Shown here in pieces: positions 1 through 9,113 of a stretch of 56,053 bases of DNA. The notes under the pieces were generated by a model, which was given only the letters and a program-made list of their open reading frames with translations, was not told the origin of the DNA and searched no databases. This stretch comes from Deltaproteobacteria bacterium (GTDB lineage: Bacteria; Myxococcota_A; Polyangia; Polyangiales; Houyiibacteriaceae). A program made the translations under genes and the position numbers. The stretch spans positions 1 through 56,053 of the forward strand of contig JAXMNT010000049.1 of assembly GCA_034670305.1 (NCBI GenBank), written 5' to 3'. Numbering within the stretch: the first letter of the stretch is position 1; the number at the start of each line of letters is the position of its first letter.

Positions 1-11
1 CGTAGCACCGA

Positions 12-45
12 CCGATGCCCGGCGGCTTCGTCCGCTGGGCATCGG
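12..45. terminator. GC-rich stem-loop, possible terminator
   Basis: CCGATGCCCGGCGG (12-25) pairs with CCGCTGGGCATCGG (32-45): 14-bp stem with one G:T pair and a 6-nt loop. It follows a TAG at 3-5 and lies downstream of the desaturase; no U-tract. Confidence 0.45.
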
Positions 46-92
46 GCTCCGATTCGCGGCCTCGCCGTCGCGAAACACACGGCGTCCACGAC

Positions 93-152
93 GCGGGCAA
101 GGGCACGGGCAAGGGCAACGGCAAGGGGCAGGTCGCTTTTCAGCGACCTGCT
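93..152 (-). repeat. Dispersed REP/MITE-like element: hairpin plus (CCCTTG)n, copy 1
   Basis: Perfect 10-bp hairpin GCAGGTCGCT-TTTC-AGCGACCTGC (128-151) next to GGGCAA-type hexamers. A related copy lies at 55937-56016. Confidence 0.7.
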
Positions 153-156
153 CGGT

Positions 157-1101
157 CTAAGCGGCGTGCACCAACGCGGCGGGCGCGGGTTTCTCTGCGG
201 CCACGGCCGGCTTCTCTTCAGCTTCGAGATGTTCGCCACGATCGCGCGCGCGTCCTTCGGCAAGCACGTGTTCGGGCACTGGACGGAGACCCCAGACGAT
301 GCCCACCGCAGCCAGGGCGCGGATCACGTAGTACGTGATGTCGATCTCCCACCAGTAGAAGCCGTTGCGGGTCGACGACTGGTAGCGGTGGTGGTTGTTG
401 TGCCAGCCCTCGCCCAGCGTGAGCAGTCCGAGCAGCCAGTGGTTTCGGCTGTCGTCGGTGGTCTCGAATCGGCGCTTGCCGAAGACGTGTGCGAGCGAGT
501 TGATGAGGAAGGTGTTGTGCCAGAGCAAGACGGTGCTGAGGAAGAAGCCGACCACGAGTCCTGACCAGCCCATCGTCGCCCAGCAAATCAGCGCCAGCAC
601 GATCGGCGGCACCAGGTAGTACTTGTTGAGCCACACGAGCTCCGGGTACTTCGCGAAATCCGGGATGCGCTTCATGTCGGTGGCTTCGGTCTCCGGGTCG
701 AAGAGCCAGAGCACGTGGGAGTACCAGAACCCGGTCTGAACCGGCGAGTGCACGTCCTTGGGGGTGTCGCTGTGCTTGTGGTGGTCCCGGTGGTGGGCTG
801 CCCACCAGAGCACGCCCTTCTGGGCGCTGCTCATCGCGAGCAAAGCGAGCACGGTCTGGAACACGCGGCCCGTCTTGAACGTGCGGTGCGAGAAGTACCG
901 GTGGTACCCGGCCGTGACGGCCCACTGGCGCACGACGAGCAACGAGACACAGGTGACGATCGCCGCGGTGCTGATCTCGATGAAGAACATGCTCAGCAGC
1001 GCGAGGTGGCAGAGAATGAATGGAATGGCGCCCGCCCACGCGATGCGCTTCGGCGAAGAAACGGTCGAGACGGGGCGCTCTCCTGAGTCTGTGATGTCCA
1101 T
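157..1101 (-). CDS. Acyl-CoA/acyl-lipid delta-9-type fatty acid desaturase
   Basis: His boxes HRYFSH, HHRDHH and GEGWHNNHH; DVHSP motif; hydrophobic segments. Confidence 0.93.
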   Translation of the reverse strand: MDITDSGERPVSTVSSPKRIAWAGAIPFILCHLALLSMFFIEISTAAIVTCVSLLVVRQWAVTAGYHRYFSHRTFKTGRVFQTVLALLAMSSAQKGVLWWAAHHRDHHKHSDTPKDVHSPVQTGFWYSHVLWLFDPETEATDMKRIPDFAKYPELVWLNKYYLVPPIVLALICWATMGWSGLVVGFFLSTVLLWHNTFLINSLAHVFGKRRFETTDDSRNHWLLGLLTLGEGWHNNHHRYQSSTRNGFYWWEIDITYYVIRALAAVGIVWGLRPVPEHVLAEGRARDRGEHLEAEEKPAVAAEKPAPAALVHAA

Positions 1102-1107
1102 GGATCC

Positions 1108-1204
1108 AAGCTACGGCGTGCCGCCCACAGCTGCCGTCACGGTTCCGCTCGACTCGGTCACACTTCGGTCACGACCTCCCGCCCGAATGTCACGAGCGGG
1201 TCAC
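1108..1204 (-). promoter_or_regulatory. Desaturase promoter: -10 TAGCTT plus five phased GTCAC direct repeats (putative OmpR-family boxes)
   Basis: TAGCTT on the minus strand at 1108-1113, 6 nt before the ATG. GTCAC starts at 1136, 1157, 1168, 1189 and 1200 (spacings 21, 11, 21, 11). Confidence 0.65.
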
Positions 1205-1222
1205 AGCGGCTGCAGCGTCAGT

Positions 1223-1369
1223 GCTTCGGCTTCGCCCTCGGGTTCGGCGTCGGCTTCGGCGTCGGCTTCGGCATCGGCGTCGGCATCGGCTTCGGCATCG
1301 GCTTCGGCATCGGCTTCGGCATCGGCTTCGGCTTCGGGTTCGGCTTCGGCTTCGGCTTCTTCGGCTTCG
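1223..1369. repeat. Intergenic hexamer tandem array (TCGGCT/TCGGCA/TCGGCG)n
   Basis: About 24 hexamer units between the response regulator stop and the desaturase promoter. Confidence 0.95.
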
Positions 1370-1385
1370 CTGGAACCCCGATGCG

Positions 1386-2093
1386 TTACCCGTTGCCCTC
1401 GGGCAGGAACCGGTAGCCAGCCCCTCGAACGCTCACGAAGAACCGAGGCTGCGTCGGCTTGGGTTCGAAGTGTCGCCGCAGCCGCGCGATGAAGTTGTCG
1501 ACGGTCCGGTTGTGTTCGACGTTCCGGAGTTTCCAGACCTTCTCGAGCAGCTCTCGACGGCTCAGCACCCGATGCGGGTGCTCCGCGAAGTAGCGAAGCA
1601 GGTCCAGTTCCAACTGGGTCAACTTGCGCGGCTCCTCGCCCACGAACACCTCGTGGGTGTCGAAGTCCACCCGCGCGTCACCGAACGCAAGCGAGCGTTG
1701 CCGAGGTTTGGTCTCCCCCTGCTCCCACTCGCGGCGCCGCAACATCGACCGCACCCGCGCGAGCAGCTCGTCGAGCGAGAACGGTTTGACGATGTAGTCG
1801 TCCGCACCGACCTCGAGTCCGCGGACCCGATCTTCGGCGGAGCCGCGCGCCGTCAACATGATCACGGGGACGAAGTTGCCGGCATCTCGCAGGCGGCGAC
1901 AGAGTTCGAAACCATCGAAGTCGGGCAACATGACGTCCAGCACGATCGCGTCGTAGCTGCCTTCGACCAAACGTTGGCTCGCCTGCCGTGCCGTCGGCGC
2001 GACATCGACCACGTACCCCTCGAGTTCGAGGTTGAGCTTCAGGCCCGCGGCCAGATGTTCTTCGTCTTCGACGACCAGGAGGGTGCCGCTCAT
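1386..2093 (-). CDS. OmpR/PhoB-family response regulator
   Basis: Receiver domain (VEDE, LDVMLP, LTAR, DDYIVKPF) plus winged-helix domain (RTVDNFIARLR, VRGAGYRF). Confidence 0.96.
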   Translation of the reverse strand: MSGTLLVVEDEEHLAAGLKLNLELEGYVVDVAPTARQASQRLVEGSYDAIVLDVMLPDFDGFELCRRLRDAGNFVPVIMLTARGSAEDRVRGLEVGADDYIVKPFSLDELLARVRSMLRRREWEQGETKPRQRSLAFGDARVDFDTHEVFVGEEPRKLTQLELDLLRYFAEHPHRVLSRRELLEKVWKLRNVEHNRTVDNFIARLRRHFEPKPTQPRFFVSVRGAGYRFLPEGNG

Positions 2094-3049
2094 GCTGGAG
2101 CCTCTTCCCGGTGAACGAGCACCGTCGCAGACGCAGGAAACTCCAGTCGCATCGTCGTACCCGTTCCTTCGCCGTCGGACAGCGCCCTCAACTTCGCACC
2201 CACCGCACGCGAGAGCATCGCGGCCACGTACAGTCCGAGGCCCGTGCCCTTGCGTTCGCGCGCGTGTCCCGACGACACCCGGTAGAACCGCTGAAAGATC
2301 CGTTGCAGTTGCCGCGGATCCAAACCGATGCCTCGATCGATCACGTCGATCCGGACGCCGCCGCGCGCGTCCTTGCTGCCGTGCACGCGGACCTGGATGG
2401 GCGGGTCCGAGTACTTCACCGCGTTGTCGACCAGGTTCCGGAGAATGACGAGCAGTGCGGTCTCGTCGGTCGCCACGACGAGATCCCCCGGCACGTCGAT
2501 GACGATGGCCCCCTCGTCGAGGTGCCGCCGGCGCGAGACCGCGTCGACCACCTCGCTCGCCAATGCAGATACGGGGACATCCGACAACGTCGTCCCATGG
2601 CTGGCGGCGTGCGCAAGCCTCGATGCTTGCAAAACGTCTTCGATGAACGTCGAGAGCCGCTCGACGTCGTCCAGCATCATGCCTTCGAGCTGCGCGCGTT
2701 TGTCCTCGGGCAACTCGTGGCGGGCCATGGTCTCGAGGCAGAGTTTGAGCGACGCCAGCGGGCTCTTCAGTTCATGGGTGACCGAATCGATGAAGGTGTC
2801 CTGCCGCCGGACTTCGAGGATCTCGCGCACGAGGTAGACGCTGAAGAGCACCAGCACGCTCATCAGGAACACGAAGCTGATCGCCCCGAGCACCAAGAGC
2901 CACAGATCGAGCGTGATCTCGCTGCCGTTCCCGAGGTTCTGGGAGATGAGCAGCGTCCACCCGACCAGGAGTGCCATGCTGATGGGCACGCTGATCGCAC
3001 CGAGGATGATCGGCGTCGAGATGGAGCGGAGATTGCGTCGACGCGCCAC
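2090..3049 (-). CDS. Sensor histidine kinase, 2 TM with a very short loop (intramembrane-sensing type)
   Basis: H-box THELKSPL, N-box NLVDNAVKY, G boxes DRGIG and GTGLGL. ATGA overlap with the regulator; GGAGGG precedes the GTG. Confidence 0.95.
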   Translation of the reverse strand: MARRRNLRSISTPIILGAISVPISMALLVGWTLLISQNLGNGSEITLDLWLLVLGAISFVFLMSVLVLFSVYLVREILEVRRQDTFIDSVTHELKSPLASLKLCLETMARHELPEDKRAQLEGMMLDDVERLSTFIEDVLQASRLAHAASHGTTLSDVPVSALASEVVDAVSRRRHLDEGAIVIDVPGDLVVATDETALLVILRNLVDNAVKYSDPPIQVRVHGSKDARGGVRIDVIDRGIGLDPRQLQRIFQRFYRVSSGHARERKGTGLGLYVAAMLSRAVGAKLRALSDGEGTGTTMRLEFPASATVLVHREEAPA

Positions 3050-3180
3050 CCTCCCCCCTTAGCACGGCGCTCGTCCGGTGGTCGGGATTTGAGTGGCCGG
3101 GACACCGGGCATCGGAGCGCGACTGGGCGACCGGTGGGTTCCCCTTGCGCCCAGCACGCAGCACCCGCCAGGCTGAAGCG

Positions 3181-4539
3181 ATGCAGAGCCCCTACTTGCT
3201 CGACGAGTACCGGCCGGTGAGCGAAGAAACGCCCGCCGTCGCGCTCGAGACCATCGAAGGCGCGGTCCCGCGCGCGCTCCATGGCAGTTTTGTCCGCAAC
3301 GGGCCCAACCCGCGCTTCGAACCCCTCGCTCGACACCATTGGTTCGACGGCGACGGCATGCTCCACGCGGTCCGGTTCGAAGACGGCGTCGCCCGCTACT
3401 CGAGCCGGTACGTGCGGACCGACGACTTCGGCGCGGAGACCGCGGCGGGACAGGGCCTCTTCCGCGGGCTGCTCGAATCGGTCTTCGACAACCCGGAGCA
3501 GCGGGGCAAGGACACCGGCAACACCGACGTCCTCTCGGTGGGCGGCGAGCTGCTGACCACGCACTACCAGTGCGGCGCCGGGTGGCGGGTGGATCCCGTC
3601 ACGCTCGAGACCCGAGGACGCCTCGCGCACCCGACGCGCTTGTCCGCCCACGCCAAGGTCGACCCGCGCACCGGAGAGCTGCTCTTCTTCGACTACCAGA
3701 AGCGTCCGCCGTACCTCACCGTGGGCTGGGTGGGTGACGACGGTTCCAAGGTCGTCGAACTCCCCGTCGACGAACCCGTCTTCCCGCACGACATGACCTT
3801 CACACCCGGCCACGCGATCGTGATGGCGCCGCCGGTCGTCCAGAGTGAAGCGCACGCCCGCGCGGGACGGTGGGGTGCGTTGATGGACAAGACGCGGCCG
3901 TTTCGGTTCTTCCTCGTGCCGCGCGCCGGTGGCGCGACACGGACCTTCGAAGCGAGCCCTTGTTACCTCTACCACGTGATCAACGCGTGGGAGTCCGAGG
4001 ACGGTCACCTCGTCCACCTGATCGGGTTCCGTTGCCCCGAACTCTTCGCCGGCATCGACCCCGACGATGGCCCCTACGCGGTGATGATGGCCAACCTGCG
4101 GCTGCGTGCGCAGCTGCACCGCTGGACGTTCGATCTGCGCACGGGCCAGACGAGTGAGACGCAACTCGACGATCGGTGCGCAGAGTTCCCCACCACCGAC
4201 GATCGACGGCTGGGGGTCCAGACGAAGTTTGGCTACGCGATGCGCATTCCGGACACCCGGCGGGTGAAGTTCGACGCGGTGCTCAAGTACGACCTGAACG
4301 ACGGCAGCCTCCTCGGGGCCCACGCCTTCGGGGAGGGACGCTCGGGCAGCGAAGCCCCGTTCGCACCCACCGGCCCAGGCGAAGACGAGGGGTACCTGGT
4401 CAGCTTCGTCTCGGACCCGCGCGAAGGACGCGACGAAGTGGTGGTGCTGGACGCGCCGACCATGCGGCCGGTGGCGCGACTCGCACTGCCCCACCGGGTT
4501 CCGGTGGGCTTTCATGCGTGCTGGTGCCCCGCGGCTTGA
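3181..4539 (+). CDS. Carotenoid cleavage oxygenase / lignostilbene dioxygenase family protein
   Basis: RNGPNP, HWFDGDGM, four Fe-ligand His (SAHAK, PHDM, YHVIN, GFHA) and EDEGYL. Start taken at ATG 3181. Confidence 0.92.
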   Translation: MQSPYLLDEYRPVSEETPAVALETIEGAVPRALHGSFVRNGPNPRFEPLARHHWFDGDGMLHAVRFEDGVARYSSRYVRTDDFGAETAAGQGLFRGLLESVFDNPEQRGKDTGNTDVLSVGGELLTTHYQCGAGWRVDPVTLETRGRLAHPTRLSAHAKVDPRTGELLFFDYQKRPPYLTVGWVGDDGSKVVELPVDEPVFPHDMTFTPGHAIVMAPPVVQSEAHARAGRWGALMDKTRPFRFFLVPRAGGATRTFEASPCYLYHVINAWESEDGHLVHLIGFRCPELFAGIDPDDGPYAVMMANLRLRAQLHRWTFDLRTGQTSETQLDDRCAEFPTTDDRRLGVQTKFGYAMRIPDTRRVKFDAVLKYDLNDGSLLGAHAFGEGRSGSEAPFAPTGPGEDEGYLVSFVSDPREGRDEVVVLDAPTMRPVARLALPHRVPVGFHACWCPAA

Positions 4540-4634
4540 GCCCGCCTGAACGCGACACGCTCCGGCCCCATACCGGACCGCCAGCCCACCCATCTCACCC
4601 TGGGACTTTTCCCTCAGCCTGCTAAAACCTCCGC

Positions 4635-5267
4635 ATGCAACCCATTCAGGCAGAAGAACAGAGCAACAAGGGCCTGTACCTCTTGTTGGGTTGCGCGGGT
4701 TTGATCGTGACCGGCCTGTGTGTCGCCACCGGCGTCGGATTCTGGATGATGGGCACCACCAGCTCCGTCGCCCCGATCTCGGTCCCCGTGGCGCCGACAC
4801 CGGTGCCCGTCCCTCCTGTCGCGCCGCCGAACACCGGACCCGGTCCCGCGCTGCCGCCGCCTCCCGGTCCCGCCCTGCCACCGCCGCCGGCCATGGGCGT
4901 CGCGCCGCGCATCGTGACCGCTGTGGTCGGCGCCACGACGGGGGCCGCGCCCGTCGCGACTGGAAGCGAGTGCACCTTCACGGTCGAACGTCATTCGCGC
5001 GCGGCGCCGCCGGGGTACTGGTGCCGCACCCAGATCAACTGTGGGGGCAACCTGCTCTACGGCGGACCCACCGCGGGCTTCTTCGAGTGTTCGCTCTACG
5101 AGCAACCCCGTCGAAACGTCGTGGGTGAGGACACCCAGACCACCACGTTCGACTCGGACGCCGCGATGCGCATCGACACCACGAACAACACCGTGACCGT
5201 GCGCGACGACACCGCGGGCGCGTTCGGCGAGTTCACCGTCGACTTCCAGATCACGAACGTACGCTGA
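4635..5267 (+). CDS. Membrane-anchored Pro-rich protein with a Cys-containing C-terminal domain, function unknown
   Basis: One N-terminal hydrophobic helix, a polyproline linker and a beta-rich C-terminus; typical codon bias. Confidence 0.75.
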   Translation: MQPIQAEEQSNKGLYLLLGCAGLIVTGLCVATGVGFWMMGTTSSVAPISVPVAPTPVPVPPVAPPNTGPGPALPPPPGPALPPPPAMGVAPRIVTAVVGATTGAAPVATGSECTFTVERHSRAAPPGYWCRTQINCGGNLLYGGPTAGFFECSLYEQPRRNVVGEDTQTTTFDSDAAMRIDTTNNTVTVRDDTAGAFGEFTVDFQITNVR

Positions 5268-5268
5268 C

Positions 5269-7098
5269 GTGGCCCGACCGATCAGCGAACACGAGACCCG
5301 CCGAGACCGCCACGACGCGGAGATGAAGCAGCACGCGGCCGTGGGTCAGCGCATCTCCATGGCGCGCCTGCTGACCTTCTTGGGCATCGTCGTGTTCGGA
5401 TCGGCCGGCGTCAGCCAAGAGAGTGGCACCTGGCTCGGCGTGGCGGGCGGCACCCTGGTGCTCTTCGTCGGGCTCATCGTCTGGCATGCCCGTGTGCTCC
5501 GGCGCCGAGACGAATCGGAGTCCCGTCGCGACGTGCACGTGCGCCACATCAAACGCCGCACCGGCGAGTGGCTCGAGTTGCCCGAGTCCGGCACCGCAGA
5601 AGCCGAACACGCGTACGCAGGGGACATCGACCTGTGCGGGGCGAACTCGCTTTGCCAGCGCATCGACGTCAGCCACACCGTGGCCGGCGAAGCGACGCTC
5701 GCACGGTGGCTCTCGAGCGCGGCACCGCTCGAGACCATCCGCGCGCGACAGACGGCCGTGGCGGAGCTCGCGGAACAGTTGGATCTGCGGGAGGCGCTCG
5801 AAGCCGACGCCGGCCGTGCCCACGGCGAACGCAAGATCGATCCGGCGCCGTTTCTCTCGTTCGTGAAACTCGCCCCGTTCGTATTCGGCAACCCGGCGCT
5901 GAAGTTGGCGGCGTGGCTCTTGCCACCCACCGTGCTCGGACTCTACCTGGCGTCGGTCGCAGGGTTCGTGCCTCCGCTCGCCTGGCTGATCGCCGGCGGG
6001 GTCCAAGCGCTGCTCGCGCTCGGCACCGCGGGCCGTTGCGCGGCCGCATTCCAACTCGTCGCCGCCCGTCGCGGCTACGTGGAAGCGCTGCAGCGCATGT
6101 TGGTGCGCGTCGAGAGCGCGTCCTGGGAGGCGGAGACCCTGACCGCGCTCCAGAAGCGCATGGCGGTCGGCGGCAAGCCGCCCTCGGCGTGGATGGCACG
6201 GCTCGACCGGTGGGCCGGCTTCGCAGAGCTCTACACGCAGTTCCCGCTGCACTTCTTCGTGAACATCGCCGTGCTCTGGGACCTCAACGTCCTGTTGCAG
6301 CTCGAGCGGTGGAACGAGGACGTCGGCGAAGGACTGCCGGACGCATTCGAAGCACTGGCGGAACTCGAGGCGCTCGCGAGCCTCGCGAGCCTGCTGGACG
6401 GAGACCCGAGCGCCATCCTGCCGGACGTCCGAGAAGCGAAGACGACGCTTGAGGCGGACGGACTCGCCCACCCGCTGCTCACGCCCGAAGCACGGGTCGC
6501 GAACGACGTGTGTTTGCCGGCCGAGCGCGGCGCGGCCCTGATCGTCACCGGCTCGAACATGGCCGGCAAGTCGACCTTGTTGCGGTCGGTGGGACTGAAC
6601 ATCGCGCTCGCGCTCGCGGGTGGACCCGTGGTCGCCAGCCGGTTCCAACTCTCGGCGGTGCGGCTGCGCGCCTCCATGCGGATCGACGATTCTCTGCAGC
6701 GCGGCGCCAGCTACTTCCACGCGGAGTTGACCAAACTCCGCACCGTGGTGTTCGAGTCCGAGGCGGACCCGCCCCTCTTCTTCCTGCTCGACGAGTTGCT
6801 GCGCGGCACCAACGCGAAAGCCCGCCACCTCGGCGCCCGCGCCGTCCTCGCCCACCTCCTCGACCACGGCGCCTGCGGCATCGCCGCCACCCACGACATC
6901 GCCCTCGCCGCGCTCGCCGACGAACGTCCGCACGTCGAGAACGTGCACTTCACCGACGTGATGCTCGACGACGAAATGGTGTTCGACTACCGCCTGCGCG
7001 AGGGCGTCGTGCGAACGAGCAACGCGCTCCGCCTCCTGGAAATGGCCGGCATCCAAATCGCCGACGTCCACGCCGCCGACACCGACGCCGCCCAATAA
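5269..7098 (+). CDS. MutS-related ATPase (domain V) with N-terminal transmembrane segments
   Basis: Walker [10 protein letters not shown], Walker [15 protein letters not shown] and SYFHAEL. No recognisable mismatch-binding N-terminus. Confidence 0.88.
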   Translation: MARPISEHETRRDRHDAEMKQHAAVGQRISMARLLTFLGIVVFGSAGVSQESGTWLGVAGGTLVLFVGLIVWHARVLRRRDESESRRDVHVRHIKRRTGEWLELPESGTAEAEHAYAGDIDLCGANSLCQRIDVSHTVAGEATLARWLSSAAPLETIRARQTAVAELAEQLDLREALEADAGRAHGERKIDPAPFLSFVKLAPFVFGNPALKLAAWLLPPTVLGLYLASVAGFVPPLAWLIAGGVQALLALGTAGRCAAAFQLVAARRGYVEALQRMLVRVESASWEAETLTALQKRMAVGGKPPSAWMARLDRWAGFAELYTQFPLHFFVNIAVLWDLNVLLQLERWNEDVGEGLPDAFEALAELEALASLASLLDGDPSAILPDVREAKTTLEADGLAHPLLTPEARVANDVCLPAERGAALIVTGSNMAGKSTLLRSVGLNIALALAGGPVVASRFQLSAVRLRASMRIDDSLQRGASYFHAELTKLRTVVFESEADPPLFFLLDELLRGTNAKARHLGARAVLAHLLDHGACGIAATHDIALAALADERPHVENVHFTDVMLDDEMVFDYRLREGVVRTSNALRLLEMAGIQIADVHAADTDAAQ

Positions 7099-7105
7099 AG
7101 CGCGG

Positions 7106-7405
7106 TCGGCTTCGGCATCGGCTTCGGCTTCGGCTTCGGCTTCGGCTTCGGCTTCGGCATCGGCTTCGGCATCGGCTTCGGCTTCGGCTTCGGCATCGGC
7201 TTCGGCTTCGGCTTCGGCTTCGGCGTCGGATTCGGCGTCGGCTTCGGCGTCGGATTCGGCGTCGGCGTCGGCTTCGGCTTCCGCTTCGGCTTCGGCTTCG
7301 GCTTCGGCATCGGCTTCGGCATCGGCTTCGGCTTCCGCTTCCGCTTCCGCTTCCGCTTCCGCTTCCGCGCCCGCTCCCGCTCCCGCTTCCGCTTCCGCTT
7401 CCGCT
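7106..7405. repeat. Intergenic hexamer tandem array (TCGGCN)n grading into (TCCGCT)n
   Basis: About 50 hexamer units beginning just after the MutS-like stop codon. Confidence 0.95.
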
Positions 7406-7536
7406 AACCCTCTTCCGCTTCCGCCCACTGCGATCGGGTGAAATACCGGTCCCCGCCCATGCGTAGATCCAGGTATGGCCCCTTCCCCGCCTGCCCGTGG
7501 TTACCGCCGAGGTCCGAAGTGAGTCAGACTCTCGCC

Positions 7537-8184
7537 ATGGCTGAGCCGAAAGCAAAACCTACGCGCGGCGCTGTGTTCTGGACCGATCTGAAGAAGTCCC
7601 TCGTGGTCATGGGCATCGTGCTCGCGGTGTTGTGGGGGCTGGAAGCCTTCGACTTCGTGCTCGGCGGCTACCTCGACCGGTTCGGCATTCGTCCCCGCCG
7701 CCTCGACGGGCTGAGCGGGATCCTGTTCGCGCCGTTCTTGCACGGCGGCTTCGCCCACCTCGCGGCCAACAGCTCCGTGCTGGTGGTCTTCGGAGGGTTG
7801 ATCCTGCTCCGCAGCCGCAAGGAGTTCGCCCTCGTTTCGGTGATCACCACGCTGCTCGGTGGCCTGGGCGTCTGGCTCCTCGGCAGTCTCTTCTCGGTTG
7901 GCAACGCCGTGCACATCGGCGCGAGCGGCGTCATCTTCGGCTACTTCGGCTACCTGCTCTCGATGGGCATCTTCGAACGCAAGGTCGGTTCGATCCTGCT
8001 CTCGGTGGCGCTGGCGGTTGGCTATGGCGGCGTCATCTTCGGTGTCCTACCAGGACAGGAAGGCGTCAGCTGGGAGAGCCACCTCTTCGGGTTCCTCGCC
8101 GGCGTGCTTTGTGCGCGCTTCGTGGGACGCAAAGCCCGCCAAGCGGCGAAGGCCAAGTCGAACGTCCTCGCGACGGACGGGTAG
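7537..8184 (+). CDS. Rhomboid-family intramembrane serine protease
   Basis: FLHGGFAHLAAN, catalytic HIGASG and SWESHLFG; about 6 TM segments. Confidence 0.93.
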   Translation: MAEPKAKPTRGAVFWTDLKKSLVVMGIVLAVLWGLEAFDFVLGGYLDRFGIRPRRLDGLSGILFAPFLHGGFAHLAANSSVLVVFGGLILLRSRKEFALVSVITTLLGGLGVWLLGSLFSVGNAVHIGASGVIFGYFGYLLSMGIFERKVGSILLSVALAVGYGGVIFGVLPGQEGVSWESHLFGFLAGVLCARFVGRKARQAAKAKSNVLATDG

Positions 8185-8211
8185 GACGCGGCGACGAGCG
8201 ACGCGGCGGGC

Positions 8212-9030
8212 CTACTGAATTTGGCGGATGCGTTCGTCGCGGCGCGGGCGGGTGTACTGCACCTCGTCGCGCTGCTGGGCTTCGATGAGCTGCAGGTCGG
8301 TGGTCACCGGCACGTCGGTCAGTACCATCGACTCGTCGGCCGGGTTGCGCACGATGAGGGAGATCCGCTCCGCGAACTCGAGTGCGTGAAACAGCGCCGT
8401 GGCTTCGTCCAAGTTGACGGATAGCGTCACCTGTCGGTGGACACGGCCGGTGGCGCCCCGCTCCTCTTCTTCCATCTGGGCGCGTTCGTGGTCGGTTCGG
8501 CCGGTGCGCGACGCACGCCGCTGTCCGATCGCGAGGACCAGGACATTCTGCAGCAGCACCGTCGTCAGGCGCGTGGTTCCGTTCGGGCGCACCGCCGTGA
8601 TCAGCACGTCCACGCGATCGCTGGCGGCCACCATCTTGCCGAACGAATCCGACTCCATCTCCACCGTGTAGGCGCGTTGTCCGACCGGCAGGGTCTCGGC
8701 CAGGGTCACACTCTCGCGAATGTTGCCCTCCACGTCGTCCCAGTTCAGCCAGGCGCCGGGCTGGAGCTCGCGCGCTGAGGGCACGCCGAGCACGAGGTCG
8801 ATCTGGTTCGCGCGCACGTGGCGGTCTTCGACGAACCGTCGCGGCACGTCTTTGTAGCCGAGGACGCTGCGGGTGAGCCCGGCGTGCTCGCGAACCTGCG
8901 CGATGACCACGACGATCGGAATGGTCTCCCCGCCCTGAACGCGGCTCTCGTAGTGTTTGAGGTGCAGCGAGTAGAGCACCCCACCGAGAATGGCGATGGC
9001 GATGCCCGCCAGCATGGTCGTCCGGTTCAC
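8212..9030 (-). CDS. cpaB: Flp pilus assembly protein CpaB/RcpC-like (SAF domain)
   Basis: N-terminal anchor, LPVGQRAYTV, DRVDVL, LLQNVLVLAIG, VTLSV and LIVRNPAD. Start may be GTG 9030 or ATG 9048. Confidence 0.8.
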   Translation of the reverse strand: MNRTTMLAGIAIAILGGVLYSLHLKHYESRVQGGETIPIVVVIAQVREHAGLTRSVLGYKDVPRRFVEDRHVRANQIDLVLGVPSARELQPGAWLNWDDVEGNIRESVTLAETLPVGQRAYTVEMESDSFGKMVAASDRVDVLITAVRPNGTTRLTTVLLQNVLVLAIGQRRASRTGRTDHERAQMEEEERGATGRVHRQVTLSVNLDEATALFHALEFAERISLIVRNPADESMVLTDVPVTTDLQLIEAQQRDEVQYTRPRRDERIRQIQ

Positions 9031-9113
9031 GTGGCCCGGAGAATACATGGCCCCACGAGAACGGTCATCCCAGAACGATGGGGGACCACCCAGAACTGGG
9101 CACATTTCCCCGG

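Noticed and set aside
4603-4625. GGACTTTTCCCTCAGCCTGCTA resembling the end of the hairpin repeat element
   Set aside because: Only a short partial match with no partner arm or hexamers; it more likely overlaps the promoter of the 4635 gene.
1223-7405. Hexamer arrays considered as CRISPR arrays
   Set aside because: No unique spacers, the unit is only 6 nt, and there are no cas genes.
5251-7555. ORFs with poly-AE, PK or RS tracts running through the hexamer array
   Set aside because: They arise from a stop-free repeat and run antisense into the MutS-like gene; there is no independent coding evidence.
7537-8184. Rhomboid considered as a sorting enzyme for the GGGC-tailed peptidase
   Set aside because: It looks like an ordinary rhomboid and lies 31 kb away; nothing in the sequence links the two.
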